A stretch of 64,000 bases of DNA from a virus, in the IMG/VR virus record IMGVR_UViG_3300021405_000007, positions 32,001 through 96,000 of that record; one strand, 5' to 3'. The position numbers were made by a program, and so were the translations under genes. The notes beneath the pieces were generated by a model. It saw nothing but the letters and a program-made list of their open reading frames with translations. It had not been told where the DNA came from and did not search any database. Below, piece after piece: positions 37,669 to 47,942 of this stretch. Position 1 is the stretch's first letter. Every line of letters begins with the position of its first letter.

Positions 37669-39250
37669 AAACTTTGCCTTCTTGAGATAAAGCTTCTTCT
37701 AAAGAAACTCTAGTCAAAGGCTGACCACCTCTAGCACCATCCGGATAACAAGTGAATCCCCTTAACCTTTTTGCATATTTTAGCAATATTTTAGAGTATT
37801 TATCCAAAGTTTCATCATTATTGAATTCAGAGCCCCATTGAGGGAGATTGCAGGTAGAACTGATACTCATATCAACATATTGTTGAACATCTGCTTGAAA
37901 CTTAACTCTAGCTTTAAAGTCGATATCAAAAGAATCTTGAATTTGATCTAAAGAAATTCCAGCGGCCAATAAACGTTTAACCGCCCCATCCACTACATAT
38001 TCATGTACCCATTCTCTGTTTTTATCTAAGTATCTACGTTTATAGGCTTTACAGAATAAAGGTTCAATGCCGGTTGTAGTTTCAGCCAAAATGCCAATGC
38101 TTCCTGTAGGAGCTATTGCTCTCTTACCTTTAGGAATTTGAACACCTAAAGCCTTCGCCCAAATATAGGCGGCGCTATCAGACTCTTGTTCATACACATT
38201 TAGCCATTTGTGAAGTTCCGGCGTGGCTTCGTAATCGAACTTACGAAGCATAAGCCACTCATGTAACCCTCCCAATCCAAGACCAATTCTATTATTCTTT
38301 AAACCTACTTCTTTAATTTTATTTGTAGGAACATCAGAATATATGCCTCCACATAAGAGAAATATGGTTGCAACATGGCAAACCCGAGCAAACTCTTCTC
38401 GAGTACTACAACGATTGATCCAAACAGTACCTAAGTTACATTTATCTGAATCGTCAGAAGATACCACCTCTGTGCAGGCATTTCTCAATGATTCATTATC
38501 CTTACAGAAATTGAAACTCATTCCGGGTTCGGCTGTTTTAAATGCCTGTTTGCAGTTTTCCAACCAAATTTTTCTAGCTTGTTTATTTTTGGGATGGTTC
38601 TTATTTTCCATGGCTACAAAGAATTCGGTGTTATATATTACTGAAATATTAGTACCTTCCATAGGAAGGGGAAAATTGAAATCTTTTTGCTTTAATTCCC
38701 TCAAAGGTTCCGACCAATCCTTTAACTTAAGAAAGTTAGGAACATCAGCATGATCCCATTGAAGGCCGGCCCAAATAGCACTTCTTCTAGCACCCCCCTG
38801 CATAATGTATCTACCAGCTTCAGAAATCATATTCATGAGGGCTATTGGACCAGTACTTTGACCTCCAGTTCTTCGAATAAGAGCACCCTCAGGACGTAAA
38901 CCAGAGTAATCAAAACCTATACCCCCGCCAGTCATAAGACAAGCGGTAGCTTTTTGCATAGCATCAGCCCAACCCTCCCTAGAATCCTCGGCACGAAGTA
39001 AGAAACAGTTATTGACTTGGTGATAGTCTCTACCAGCTGAATATAGGTATCTACCACCCGGAATAAATTTTCTATCTAACATATATTGGAGTACTTCATT
39101 TTTTAAATCAGAAGGTAGAAGCTGTCCAGTAACCGCCCCAACTACTCTTTCACATGTATCCGCCCAAGTTTCTTGACCATTCATTGAATACTTTTGCTTA
39201 AAGATGTTGTTCGCAAAAGAGGTCGAGAATACATCGAATTTGTCTGTCAC
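37613..39250 (-). CDS. nrdJ: Ribonucleotide reductase, probably class II (adenosylcobalamin-dependent)
   Basis: PGGRYL, NNCF, GGGIG.DYS.LRP, QGG.RR.A, NACTE, CNLG, APTGS, GIEP; C-terminal Cys pair; no small subunit nearby. Confidence 0.85.
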   Translation of the reverse strand: MTDKFDVFSTSFANNIFKQKYSMNGQETWADTCERVVGAVTGQLLPSDLKNEVLQYMLDRKFIPGGRYLYSAGRDYHQVNNCFLLRAEDSREGWADAMQKATACLMTGGGIGFDYSGLRPEGALIRRTGGQSTGPIALMNMISEAGRYIMQGGARRSAIWAGLQWDHADVPNFLKLKDWSEPLRELKQKDFNFPLPMEGTNISVIYNTEFFVAMENKNHPKNKQARKIWLENCKQAFKTAEPGMSFNFCKDNESLRNACTEVVSSDDSDKCNLGTVWINRCSTREEFARVCHVATIFLLCGGIYSDVPTNKIKEVGLKNNRIGLGLGGLHEWLMLRKFDYEATPELHKWLNVYEQESDSAAYIWAKALGVQIPKGKRAIAPTGSIGILAETTTGIEPLFCKAYKRRYLDKNREWVHEYVVDGAVKRLLAAGISLDQIQDSFDIDFKARVKFQADVQQYVDMSISSTCNLPQWGSEFNNDETLDKYSKILLKYAKRLRGFTCYPDGARGGQPLTRVSLEEALSQEGKVFEESADICEIGKGGVCGS

Positions 39251-39304
39251 TTTTAGTGCCTTTCTTAACGGATTGAAATATCGTTCTTTTTTTAAGACAA
39301 AATA

Positions 39305-39313
39305 ATTTTATCA
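39305..39313 (-). promoter_or_regulatory. Extended -10 upstream of the RNR gene
   Basis: Reverse strand TGATAAAAT. Confidence 0.5.
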
Positions 39314-39321
39314 AAAAGAAC

Positions 39322-39349
39322 TTGAGAAAGAAAGAAGAAAAGCCGATAG
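39322..39349 (+). promoter_or_regulatory. Possible sigma-28 promoter (good -10, poor -35)
   Basis: GCCGATAG at 39342-39349, about 30 nt before ATG 39379, which has an AAGGAG RBS. Confidence 0.45.
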
Positions 39350-39378
39350 TATTTTTAGAACAAAAAAGGAGTCTTCAT

Positions 39379-39525
39379 ATGTTCATAATTTTAGCAATTT
39401 GGATTTGCACAGCAGCTCAAGTCGCGCCCGTTCCAACTGCAGTAATTGCAACGGGCACCTATGTAACAGCAGATATAGTTATACCAGCGGTAGCTCATTG
39501 TGGAAGTTATTGCAGAGTTTATTAA
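39379..39525 (+). CDS. Small exported peptide
   Basis: AAGGAG RBS; hydrophobic N-terminus. Confidence 0.45.
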   Translation: MFIILAIWICTAAQVAPVPTAVIATGTYVTADIVIPAVAHCGSYCRVY

Positions 39526-39540
39526 AAAGGAGAAGATTTC

Positions 39541-39747
39541 ATGATTTTAGGGTACATTTTTACTATCATTGCAATTGGGGCCTTATTTACCGTTTACTTT
39601 GGACTATACGTTTATGGGGTCATTTTAGCGGGAAAAGCGCACCCCGGTTGGGTAGTAGCAGCTTTACTTTTTGGGCCAATCCCTGTTACGGTAGCTATAG
39701 TTTACTTGGTATCTAAAAAGAACTTATTCCTCTTAGGAAAGGATTAA
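39541..39747 (+). CDS. Small two-TM membrane protein
   Basis: AAGGAG RBS; hydrophobic. Confidence 0.6.
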   Translation: MILGYIFTIIAIGALFTVYFGLYVYGVILAGKAHPGWVVAALLFGPIPVTVAIVYLVSKKNLFLLGKD

Positions 39748-39911
39748 AAAATGAAAAAATTTTTTCAACAATTATTTTGCGCCCATAAATTTGGAAAACC
39801 TAAACATATAGAAGAGTTAGGAAATGTTGATGGAAGAATTCGAAAAGTCGAATATGATCTAATAAAATGCAAAAAATGTGATAAAGAACAAATATTTAAC
39901 GGGATAGCAAA

Positions 39912-40223
39912 ATGAAACAAAAGAAAACAATTCATGAAAAAATTCAAGCAGAATTGCCTGATTTTGCAGCAGAAGTAGCTAATTTAAGTGGTGATCAGCT
40001 TAATAATCGACTTGCAAAATTGGCTAAAGATTCTGAAGCTAATGAGCAAGCAAAAGAGGAGGATGAAGATCTCTTAAAAGCTAAAGAAAAAGTTCAACTT
40101 TATAGCGAACCTTATAAAGAATTCAAGAAAGTTCTACGGCTTAAAATGAAATATGTAATTGCTTTGGCGGAAGAACGAGGAACCACGGTAGATAAGAAAG
40201 ATAAAAATAAGGAATTAATCTAA
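39912..40223 (+). CDS. Coiled-coil hypothetical protein
   Basis: 103 aa, charged and helical. Confidence 0.55.
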   Translation: MKQKKTIHEKIQAELPDFAAEVANLSGDQLNNRLAKLAKDSEANEQAKEEDEDLLKAKEKVQLYSEPYKEFKKVLRLKMKYVIALAEERGTTVDKKDKNKELI

Positions 40224-40453
40224 TGGCACCTCGAGAAGCTTTTTGGATCGTTGCAGCTATTTGTATGACAATAGCCTATATAGCGATGAAATATAGTGAT
40301 TGGAAAGTATCATATGATAGAGAAACTTTAGACTCTATAGAATGCCCGCCACTATCACATCAAAGACGTAAAGCAGGAAGAAAAGAAAAACAAGAAGCTT
40401 GGAAAGCTAAGAATAAAAAAAGCTCATGCCGATGCAAAGCCAAAAAAGGATAA
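40223..40453 (+). CDS. Membrane-anchored basic protein
   Basis: N-terminal TM helix, Lys/Arg-rich tail. Confidence 0.45.
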   Translation: MAPREAFWIVAAICMTIAYIAMKYSDWKVSYDRETLDSIECPPLSHQRRKAGRKEKQEAWKAKNKKSSCRCKAKKG

Positions 40454-40456
40454 AGA

Positions 40457-40924
40457 GTGACCAATAAATCCAAGATCCTATTCCTTGATATCGACGGGGT
40501 TTTAAATTCTGATGAAGATTGGGTTGAAACTCAGGTATTAGGTCATCCTTATAATAAGGGTTTTGATCACTTGAATAGAACCAAAATTGCTTTACTAGAG
40601 CTTTTAATAAAAAATACCGATGCTAAGATTGTTCTTTCTTCAACATGGAGAAAATCCGTATCTTTAGATACTTTGCATCGAAAGTTAGTTGAAAGGGGTT
40701 CGACTCTTAAAAGAGAAGTTTTTATAGGTGTAACCGAGGAACTAGGTTTTTGTAGGGGTGATGAGATTCAAGCATATTTGGAAGAGTTTTCCCCAGAAAC
40801 ATATGCTATCGTAGATGATAACGACGATATGCTTGAGACTCAAGCTGAGCATTTTGTCCAAACAGATGGAACTAGAGGTCTATCTCTTGCAGATGTACGT
40901 TTACTGTCTCATATATTGAAATAA
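40457..40924 (+). CDS. HAD domain protein (Swiss-army-knife RNA-repair-like)
   Basis: FLDIDGVLN, IVLSSTWR, RGDEI, IVDD. Confidence 0.82.
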   Translation: MTNKSKILFLDIDGVLNSDEDWVETQVLGHPYNKGFDHLNRTKIALLELLIKNTDAKIVLSSTWRKSVSLDTLHRKLVERGSTLKREVFIGVTEELGFCRGDEIQAYLEEFSPETYAIVDDNDDMLETQAEHFVQTDGTRGLSLADVRLLSHILK

Positions 40925-40928
40925 TATT

Positions 40929-41336
40929 TTATAAGTACTGACCTCTTCGTCCAGTAAATGACCAAGAACCTATCCAAAAGCCCCTAGAATCAACACTTCC
41001 AGTACCAGCTCTAAACTTAACCCCAGAAATCTCATATTTTGGGGTATTGTCTGTATTATCATAAATAGTAACCAGCATCTCAGGTTGCAAAAGAATATCT
41101 GAAACATTATCTGAATCTAGACCAAAATCAGCCAATGCTTGTTGGTTAGTCTTTAATACTCCTATGGTAACGCTAATTCGATGCCCATTTTCAGCATACT
41201 CAGCCACTTCTAAATCATCGAGTTGTGGGATTTCTTCTAATTTATTTTCTTGAGTTACTTGAACATTTGTAGCCCAAAGAATGGGTTGGTGATCGATGGT
41301 TATAGTCGCTTTAGCACCAGTAAATACAGTACTCAT
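40929..41336 (-). CDS. Second tail-tube-like protein
   Basis: Aligns by eye with 25756 (TG.KA.I.I, A.NV.V, LE....AE.GH, KF..G.G....R....G.W.FT.R). Confidence 0.72.
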   Translation of the reverse strand: MSTVFTGAKATITIDHQPILWATNVQVTQENKLEEIPQLDDLEVAEYAENGHRISVTIGVLKTNQQALADFGLDSDNVSDILLQPEMLVTIYDNTDNTPKYEISGVKFRAGTGSVDSRGFWIGSWSFTGRRGQYL

Positions 41337-41496
41337 TTTTATCTCTTTTTAAAAAAATTAATAAAATCAAAAACTTGAAAAGTTGCACTAATTAAAAAAC
41401 CTATCCATAAAGGTGCGATCAAAAATAGTTGTGCATTTGAGAATAAAATTAATCCAAAACCAAATAAAAAAGCAAAAGCGCCACTCTCATATTTTT

Positions 41497-41946
41497 TCAT
41501 TTCTTAACCTCGTATTTGGATTTTTCTCTAGACCAATCCCCAGTAGCATTACAAGATGTACAAAATGACCAAAGCATTTGACCGGTATCGGCCCACGTAT
41601 GATTACAAAATCTATTCCCGGGTTCAGCGTGCTCTATAGTAGGGAATCTCTCGTTGGGACTGATCAGCAATCTTCTGTAAGCTGAGAAACTTTGATTACT
41701 TATCGCTGCATGGGTATATTCATGATCTACTATGATATAGTTTTGGGTATCTATAGATAGTTGTTTTATTTTCCCGAATAGATCTTTATAATAAATCACT
41801 AACATATCGAGTCCAACTGAAGGATCATATTCGATTCTAAGTTCATCGATAATAAAGTCTTCCCACATGGAATAACCATAAGGATTAGTTCTCAACCAGC
41901 GATAATTCTCATTGATTTTCAGATCTATTAGATCACGAACCACCAT
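41497..41946 (-). CDS. Hypothetical protein with C-terminal zinc-binding motif
   Basis: CNH.W...FCTSC; GGAGG RBS. Confidence 0.55.
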   Translation of the reverse strand: MVVRDLIDLKINENYRWLRTNPYGYSMWEDFIIDELRIEYDPSVGLDMLVIYYKDLFGKIKQLSIDTQNYIIVDHEYTHAAISNQSFSAYRRLLISPNERFPTIEHAEPGNRFCNHTWADTGQMLWSFCTSCNATGDWSREKSKYEVKK

Positions 41947-41979
41947 AAAAGCCTCCCAGTAAGTTAACTTTACACTTAC

Positions 41980-42007
41980 TTATCGGGGTTTGCACTAAAA
42001 ACCTTTA
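41980..42007 (-). promoter_or_regulatory. sigma-28-type promoter
   Basis: Reverse strand TAAAGGTT-N12-CCCGATAA upstream of 41946. Confidence 0.75.
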
Positions 42008-42052
42008 GAATAAAACCTTTTATAAAAACACCTAGTTATCTTGTTTCTTAAG

Positions 42053-42061
42053 TGTTATAAT
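42053..42061 (+). promoter_or_regulatory. Extended -10 (putative late) promoter for the tail chaperone/tape measure operon
   Basis: TGTTATAAT. Confidence 0.6.
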
Positions 42062-42112
42062 TTTCTGAATACCTTCTGTATTCCAAAATCAAGATTCAAA
42101 TTAGGATATATC

Positions 42113-42493
42113 ATGGAAAACAATAACTTACCCTTTACACTTCCGCCTAAAGAACTACTTTTCAGCATCTCCACAAAAGGATCAATCACCGGCCGCGAAT
42201 ACACTGGTAATTTTATAATTATACCCCCCAGAGTCAAAGAGATGTCTAAAATTGGTTTAGAGTTAGGAATGTTGGGTGCTGGGGTAAAATTTGAAGATAT
42301 GCCCTTTGAAACCAGAATCTTACATTACGCTATAGCTTATTTAAAGGTGCTGTTGGTTCAATCTCCAGAATGGTTCTCAAAAGAAATGGAATTTGGTTTA
42401 AACTCATATGATCCTAATATAATTATCGAAATTTATAACTTAGCTAAAGAAAAAGTCGATAACTGGTATGATGCCTTGATGCCGAAAGCATAA
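42113..42493 (+). CDS. Tail assembly chaperone
   Basis: Y.G.F....P, A.L.V.L...P.WF...D..II..IY; upstream of tape measure; ATG 42113. Confidence 0.6.
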   Translation: MENNNLPFTLPPKELLFSISTKGSITGREYTGNFIIIPPRVKEMSKIGLELGMLGAGVKFEDMPFETRILHYAIAYLKVLLVQSPEWFSKEMEFGLNSYDPNIIIEIYNLAKEKVDNWYDALMPKA

Positions 42494-42499
42494 ACTTCC

Positions 42500-42874
42500 A
42501 TGGCTGATAAAGATCCTTTTATAGCACTGAAGATGATAGCTTATAGTCGATCTCAACTTCCGCCTAGAGAAGAGGATAGAACTGCTGCTATATTTGTGGA
42601 CTATGCTAGACATCAAATTTGTAAGATTAAGAACTTACTTTTCAATGATCCTAAGTGGGAATTGTACACTGCAGAAGAAATTTTAATAGAATTTTTTTGT
42701 CTAACATTTGATGAAAACGAACAAGCAAGAGAAGCTTTTTTAGCTAAACTACGCGGTGTGGAAGCAGATGATATAAAATGGCTAGAATTGATGAAAACAA
42801 AATATGAAAATGATAAAAAAGAAGAAATAGAGAAAATAAGTAACGGTAAGCCAGAATTTGAGGATACTTTCTAG
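42500..42874 (+). CDS. Tail assembly chaperone 2
   Basis: DP.W..YT.EEI..EF; immediately before the tape measure gene. Confidence 0.55.
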   Translation: MADKDPFIALKMIAYSRSQLPPREEDRTAAIFVDYARHQICKIKNLLFNDPKWELYTAEEILIEFFCLTFDENEQAREAFLAKLRGVEADDIKWLELMKTKYENDKKEEIEKISNGKPEFEDTF

Positions 42875-42876
42875 TC

Positions 42877-44904
42877 ATGGTACAAAAAACCATAAAATTC
42901 ACAGGTACGGGTGACTTTAGTCAACTTATTAGATCTTCTAAAGAAGTTACTGGAATACTTCAAAATAATCTCGGCAAAAGTGGTATTCAGATCTTTGATA
43001 AAGGTTCTATCAACTTTTTGACTCAATATTCTAAGAATATTTTTGGTCAAATGACTATTCAGATGCAAAAGTTGGTTGAGGAAGCTAAGGAGTTAGATTC
43101 CGTACTTCAAGATGGCGCCCTCTCTGAACAGAGACAAAACGCTGCCGTAGAAGCTAGGCTTGCCAACCTCAAGAAAATGTCTACTCTTCAAAGAGAGATG
43201 AAAGAAGTTGGTGGTAATGCAGGATTGGCTAATGGCCCGGGATTTGGTAGGCAGGCTACCGGTTTGGCTACTAGAGGTGCTGCAGGGGTTGCTAATGCTG
43301 CTGGCCTAGGCGCTCCAGTATCGATAGCAGCTGAGGGTTTTCATGCAGCATCAAATGCAGCTGAAGGTGGTGTTGGGGCAATGGGTGCACTAGGTTTGGG
43401 TGCTCTAGCCACAGCTGCAGCGGGTGCTGTTTTTGCAGTTAACCAAATGACTGCAGCATTCGAGGAGTTTTCTCGAGAAGTTCCCAACATGCTTACTGGC
43501 GCTGCAATAGGAATTGGTACTGAACCCAGCCAAAGAGAACGAAATAGCTCATTAGAAATGGGATTTAATGTTCAGCAAACCATGTCACAAAGACTTGATC
43601 TAGCTAGAGCTTTTGGCACGCAACGTTCAAGCAGAGAACAAGAAAACATACTCATAAATACTCAAAGATCCGGAAGAGCATTAGGGGTTGATCCTAATGA
43701 AATTGCAGGTGCAGGCAATCAACTTCGATCCGTAGTAGGCCCTCAAGAATCTTTAAGAACGGTATCCCAAATTCTATCCAGAGCTTTAATGGATGGAATG
43801 GATAAATCTCAAGCTACTCATTTTCTATCCACAAGTGTTAGTCTTTTAACTGAGTTAAATAAATCAGGTTTACAGAGTACAGCCTCTTTTGCAGCAGCCA
43901 TGGGTGCCTTAACTAAAGGCAATATGATGTCACCAGAAATGGCTGCTCGAGGCCTGAGAGGTATTCAAGGGGCTATTACCGGAGCTCAAGGTGAAAGTGC
44001 TCAATTTTTTAGATTTGGTGCGGCTCGAGGCGGGATTGGAGGCACAAGTTTATTGGGCGCTGTTGCTGCTCAAGAACAGGGTTTAACAGGGATTAACCGA
44101 GAACAGTTTCTTAAAACAACCGGGAATAATAAACAAGCTCTGGGAATGTTGAACTCCATGGGTTTAGTGGATAATGGAGATTATACAAAACGCTATGCTC
44201 AAGGGATTTTAGAGCAGATTAATGCTACTGGATTTAAAGAAAACACCGCAGGTAGAGCTAGGTTTGTTCAAGGTCAGTTTGGTCTTGGTACCATGCAAGA
44301 ATCTTTTCAAGTTGAGAATATACTGAAGAAGCTTGCTTCTGGCACCAACTTGACCAAAGAAGAAAAAAGCAAAATGCAAGAATTGGGTAAAGATCCTGAA
44401 TCTGTAGCCAGAGACAAAGCTACGACTGCATTGAATAATCTTGCTGGAGAAATCGCAAAAGTTGAAGCAAAACAATCCTTTACTAAATTTGATTTGGGCA
44501 AAGATTCTACTGATGCAATGCTCGCCTTAAAAGATGCATTAATTGAATTAGATCAGACGATCATTAGCATTTTCGGTGTAGTTAAGGATGTTAAGGGTGC
44601 AGTTTCAGCTTCCATGAACAATGGTGTATTGGGCGCTGTTTCAGATATGTTTAGCGGTAATGGAAGTGGTGCTGGAGCGGCAGCATATGGTACTTTAGGC
44701 TCAGATACGAGTGGTAGTTCAAAAGGTACCAAACCTGAGACAACCATGGAAAAATTATTCACGACCATGCTAAGCATTATTGGCCTCAATGCCGATCAAA
44801 CAAGAAAAACCAATGAATTATTAGAAACAGGCAACAAAGATCGCAAACAAGGCATGAGTCAAAAGGTTCCCGCACAACCTCCAATGGTTGAAAGGAAAAA
44901 ATAA
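42877..44904 (+). CDS. Tape measure protein
   Basis: 675 aa, helical, Ala/Gly-rich; between chaperones and baseplate hub. Confidence 0.75.
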   Translation: MVQKTIKFTGTGDFSQLIRSSKEVTGILQNNLGKSGIQIFDKGSINFLTQYSKNIFGQMTIQMQKLVEEAKELDSVLQDGALSEQRQNAAVEARLANLKKMSTLQREMKEVGGNAGLANGPGFGRQATGLATRGAAGVANAAGLGAPVSIAAEGFHAASNAAEGGVGAMGALGLGALATAAAGAVFAVNQMTAAFEEFSREVPNMLTGAAIGIGTEPSQRERNSSLEMGFNVQQTMSQRLDLARAFGTQRSSREQENILINTQRSGRALGVDPNEIAGAGNQLRSVVGPQESLRTVSQILSRALMDGMDKSQATHFLSTSVSLLTELNKSGLQSTASFAAAMGALTKGNMMSPEMAARGLRGIQGAITGAQGESAQFFRFGAARGGIGGTSLLGAVAAQEQGLTGINREQFLKTTGNNKQALGMLNSMGLVDNGDYTKRYAQGILEQINATGFKENTAGRARFVQGQFGLGTMQESFQVENILKKLASGTNLTKEEKSKMQELGKDPESVARDKATTALNNLAGEIAKVEAKQSFTKFDLGKDSTDAMLALKDALIELDQTIISIFGVVKDVKGAVSASMNNGVLGAVSDMFSGNGSGAGAAAYGTLGSDTSGSSKGTKPETTMEKLFTTMLSIIGLNADQTRKTNELLETGNKDRKQGMSQKVPAQPPMVERKK

Positions 44905-46799
44905 TGCCTACTTTACCATCATTGCCTGGCGCAACCTCTGGTTCTACCTCCAATTCTGAGATACAAACTAGAATTGATCAATGTAAGATCATCTACTATC
45001 GTTGGAGTTTTCAAGTTGCAGATGACAACTCTACTTTCGGAGTTACTCTACCTGATTTGGGTTCTCTATCCGCCACGCAAGGCTTTGATATTTCTGAACA
45101 TATTCTTGAATTTTCTTTTCAAAAAAGTTTAGATGAAGCAGCTGGATCATTTAGTTTGGTGCTATCTAATTCTATCGACTGGACAAAGTATCTTAAGGCT
45201 GGCGAGTGGATGCTTGCATACTTAAGTTCGGATGGGGATTTACCGCTTCCTTCTCAAGCTCAAACACCCTTATCAGGGGTTGTGGGCTCTTTAACAAATA
45301 CCGGCGGCTCCGTTGCAAAACTTGGGTTGGGCGCAGCCTCTTCCATAGCGCCAGGATTAGTATCCAACCTCAATGATAAGCCACCTCTACCACCTTTAGG
45401 AATTGATCTTACCCAGGTATCTGATAAACTTAGAGGATTATTATTAATTCAAAGAATTTCGGTCCAATCCTCTTTAGGAAACGATGGTGAACCTGATATC
45501 CGTTATATTGTCACTGGTAAAGATCTTGGTGTTTGCATGGAGGAAACTGACCTTTGGTTCAATTTTCTATTTCAAGAAGAGTCCAAATTTAGAACTGTGG
45601 TAGAAGACTCATCCGGCTTGCAACAAATCCGTCAATTACACTCCTTCATGGATAAATGTTTTACTATATTTTTCAAACCTGAAGATATATTTAAAAACGG
45701 TAATTTAGCTCCCAACGATTTTCAATCAACTTTACAACAATGGCTTTTACCTAAGCAGATGTTAAAAGATGCCGGAATAGCTGTTGATGGAGACTCTTAT
45801 TTTGGTCATATTAAGGCCATTAAAGAGTTTCATCCCACTCTGTTTCAGAATGTGATGACTAACCCTTTTGCGGGGTTAGAAGGTACCGCATGGGAAAAGC
45901 TCAAAACTATTAGCCAACCTGAATATCATGAATTATTTCTTGAACTTGATGATAATGGTAGACCAAAGTTAGTTTTCAGACCTATACCTTGGGCTATTGA
46001 TAAATCAAAGTACCCGAATATAGGCTCTTATGTAACTAATTACATTGATTTAGCTAACACAAATGCTTTATCTCCTGCATTTCAGCAAGTTGGGAATTTA
46101 CTAAACGCGGCAAGTTCCGCTATATCCGACCCCTTAAATGCTGCTAAAGGGGGATTGAGTAATATACTTGACTTTTCTCGCCAAGATTATGTTCAAGTTG
46201 ATAGTGGAGATATATTTAGTTTTGATTTAGGTCCAGACTTTCATAATAGATACAATCACTTCTTAGTAACAGCTAATAATGAAGGGCCTAAGCAATCTAC
46301 GTTGGTCTACTCTTCTTTGCAGAGCGACAAACTAGCTGACCAGCTACCTTTCAAAAATATAAACTCGATAAAACGTCATGGGTTAAGAAAAAGACATTTT
46401 AGTATAGCTGCTTTTTTAAGTGATAATAATGCTCCTCTTCAAGGAGGCCCTTTAACTGATACCCCCCAAAGAACTTTCCTAAAAGAAGCTAACGAAGTTA
46501 TGAAGGATTATTGGGGGTTTGCTGAAGACTTTAGTTCAGGTAGTTTTAACATAATTGGTTTAAACGATATAAAAATCGGTAAAGTTTTAGTCACCGATGA
46601 TTCCGTAGATGGCGCCTCAAATATGGTATTCTACATCGAATCCTATACGGATTCTTTCTCTTTAACCGCTGAAGGTACTGGGGTGTGGCAACAAAATTTA
46701 GGAGTTAGTAGAGGTGTTTCTTTATCAGCCTTAAAAAATAAAGGCGGATTTAGTAAACGAACGGCTTTAACGAATGTGGGAACCTTCGTAAAAGGATAA
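44904..46799 (+). CDS. Baseplate hub protein
   Basis: KS....AGSFSL.L, TGKD.G, ELF, L.FRP.P, SI.RHG.R, FYIES..DSF. Confidence 0.65.
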   Translation: MPTLPSLPGATSGSTSNSEIQTRIDQCKIIYYRWSFQVADDNSTFGVTLPDLGSLSATQGFDISEHILEFSFQKSLDEAAGSFSLVLSNSIDWTKYLKAGEWMLAYLSSDGDLPLPSQAQTPLSGVVGSLTNTGGSVAKLGLGAASSIAPGLVSNLNDKPPLPPLGIDLTQVSDKLRGLLLIQRISVQSSLGNDGEPDIRYIVTGKDLGVCMEETDLWFNFLFQEESKFRTVVEDSSGLQQIRQLHSFMDKCFTIFFKPEDIFKNGNLAPNDFQSTLQQWLLPKQMLKDAGIAVDGDSYFGHIKAIKEFHPTLFQNVMTNPFAGLEGTAWEKLKTISQPEYHELFLELDDNGRPKLVFRPIPWAIDKSKYPNIGSYVTNYIDLANTNALSPAFQQVGNLLNAASSAISDPLNAAKGGLSNILDFSRQDYVQVDSGDIFSFDLGPDFHNRYNHFLVTANNEGPKQSTLVYSSLQSDKLADQLPFKNINSIKRHGLRKRHFSIAAFLSDNNAPLQGGPLTDTPQRTFLKEANEVMKDYWGFAEDFSSGSFNIIGLNDIKIGKVLVTDDSVDGASNMVFYIESYTDSFSLTAEGTGVWQQNLGVSRGVSLSALKNKGGFSKRTALTNVGTFVKG

Positions 46800-46802
46800 A
46801 AG

Positions 46803-47942
46803 ATGGCTTTCAGATCTGACATGTCTTATGATAGCGCCAATAACCCTACTCAGGATAACCGTTTTACGGTATTTGACCAAGGTATGTACATTGCTCAAAT
46901 TGTTGATAAGTTTTATACTGATAGTACCCAAAATAATACAACCAATGATAACGGGCCTCAAGTTCTTTATAAACTTAGGATTATAGGCGGCCGTAGAGAC
47001 GGTCAAATATTTGATAATGCAGTAGATATGCAGCTTTTCGGCGGAATCACCAACAATTCAGAACGTGGTTGGAAAAAGACTACTACTCTTGCAAGATTAG
47101 ATCCAGCTAATATATTCAATCCAAATAGTGAACAGTTTCTTAATGGTGATGTGGTTTACATAATGTTCATCAATGGGGATATACATTATCCCGTGATCAT
47201 TGGTGGGGCGAAGCATGCTAGTGACGTCACAGAAGGGGCTTCTGAGTCAGACGGCCCAGTTTTTCGTACCAGTTTTAATGGTATTTCTACTAATATTGAT
47301 GAAGATGGTGTTTTGACGTGGACAAAGGCAAAGGGTGAGTATTTTCCTTTTCCTACTACCAATTCAGATGGGCAATTATTATGGGATCAATTTGTTGCGT
47401 TGCCTGGATTCGATGAGGCTTTTAAATTAACTGTAGATAATGACTTAAGCTTAGCTTTATCAATAAATCCTACTCCCGGAACCAGCTTATCAATGGCCTT
47501 AGATGCTTCTCAAGACTCCATTTCTTTCGCCAATGTTACTGGAGCAAGTTTAACTTTAGATGGAATTTCAGATAGTTTTGAATATTCAAGTAAAGCGGGT
47601 GCAGCTTTATCAGTTAAAGGTGAGCAAGATGAAGTCTCTATAGAGACCTCCGCAGGTACCTCAGCAATTTTTAGTGGTTTAACCGGAGTCAAATTAAAAG
47701 ATAGTGTGGGAGCAGAATTAAATTTAGCTAATGGTTTGGTAGCTTTGGGTAATGAATCAGCTGAACTTTTAGATTTATTTAACCAAATATTGCAACAACT
47801 CGAAACTTTAACACAAGCTTTATCTACTGAGAGCCCAGCGGGTTTTGGTGCTCCACTGGTAAACGTCGCAACCTACATATCTGTTAATACTCAAATAACG
47901 GCGATCCAAACGTTGCTCCAAACAATAAAAGGCTCCTTGTAA
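46803..47942 (+). CDS. Baseplate central spike (gpV/Vgr-like OB fold plus beta-helix)
   Basis: GDVVY.MFI.G....PVIIG followed by short beta repeats. Confidence 0.65.
   Translation: MAFRSDMSYDSANNPTQDNRFTVFDQGMYIAQIVDKFYTDSTQNNTTNDNGPQVLYKLRIIGGRRDGQIFDNAVDMQLFGGITNNSERGWKKTTTLARLDPANIFNPNSEQFLNGDVVYIMFINGDIHYPVIIGGAKHASDVTEGASESDGPVFRTSFNGISTNIDEDGVLTWTKAKGEYFPFPTTNSDGQLLWDQFVALPGFDEAFKLTVDNDLSLALSINPTPGTSLSMALDASQDSISFANVTGASLTLDGISDSFEYSSKAGAALSVKGEQDEVSIETSAGTSAIFSGLTGVKLKDSVGAELNLANGLVALGNESAELLDLFNQILQQLETLTQALSTESPAGFGAPLVNVATYISVNTQITAIQTLLQTIKGSL

Noticed and set aside
37613-39250. Intein or intron in the RNR gene
   Set aside because: Compact 545-aa continuous ORF with no splicing motifs.
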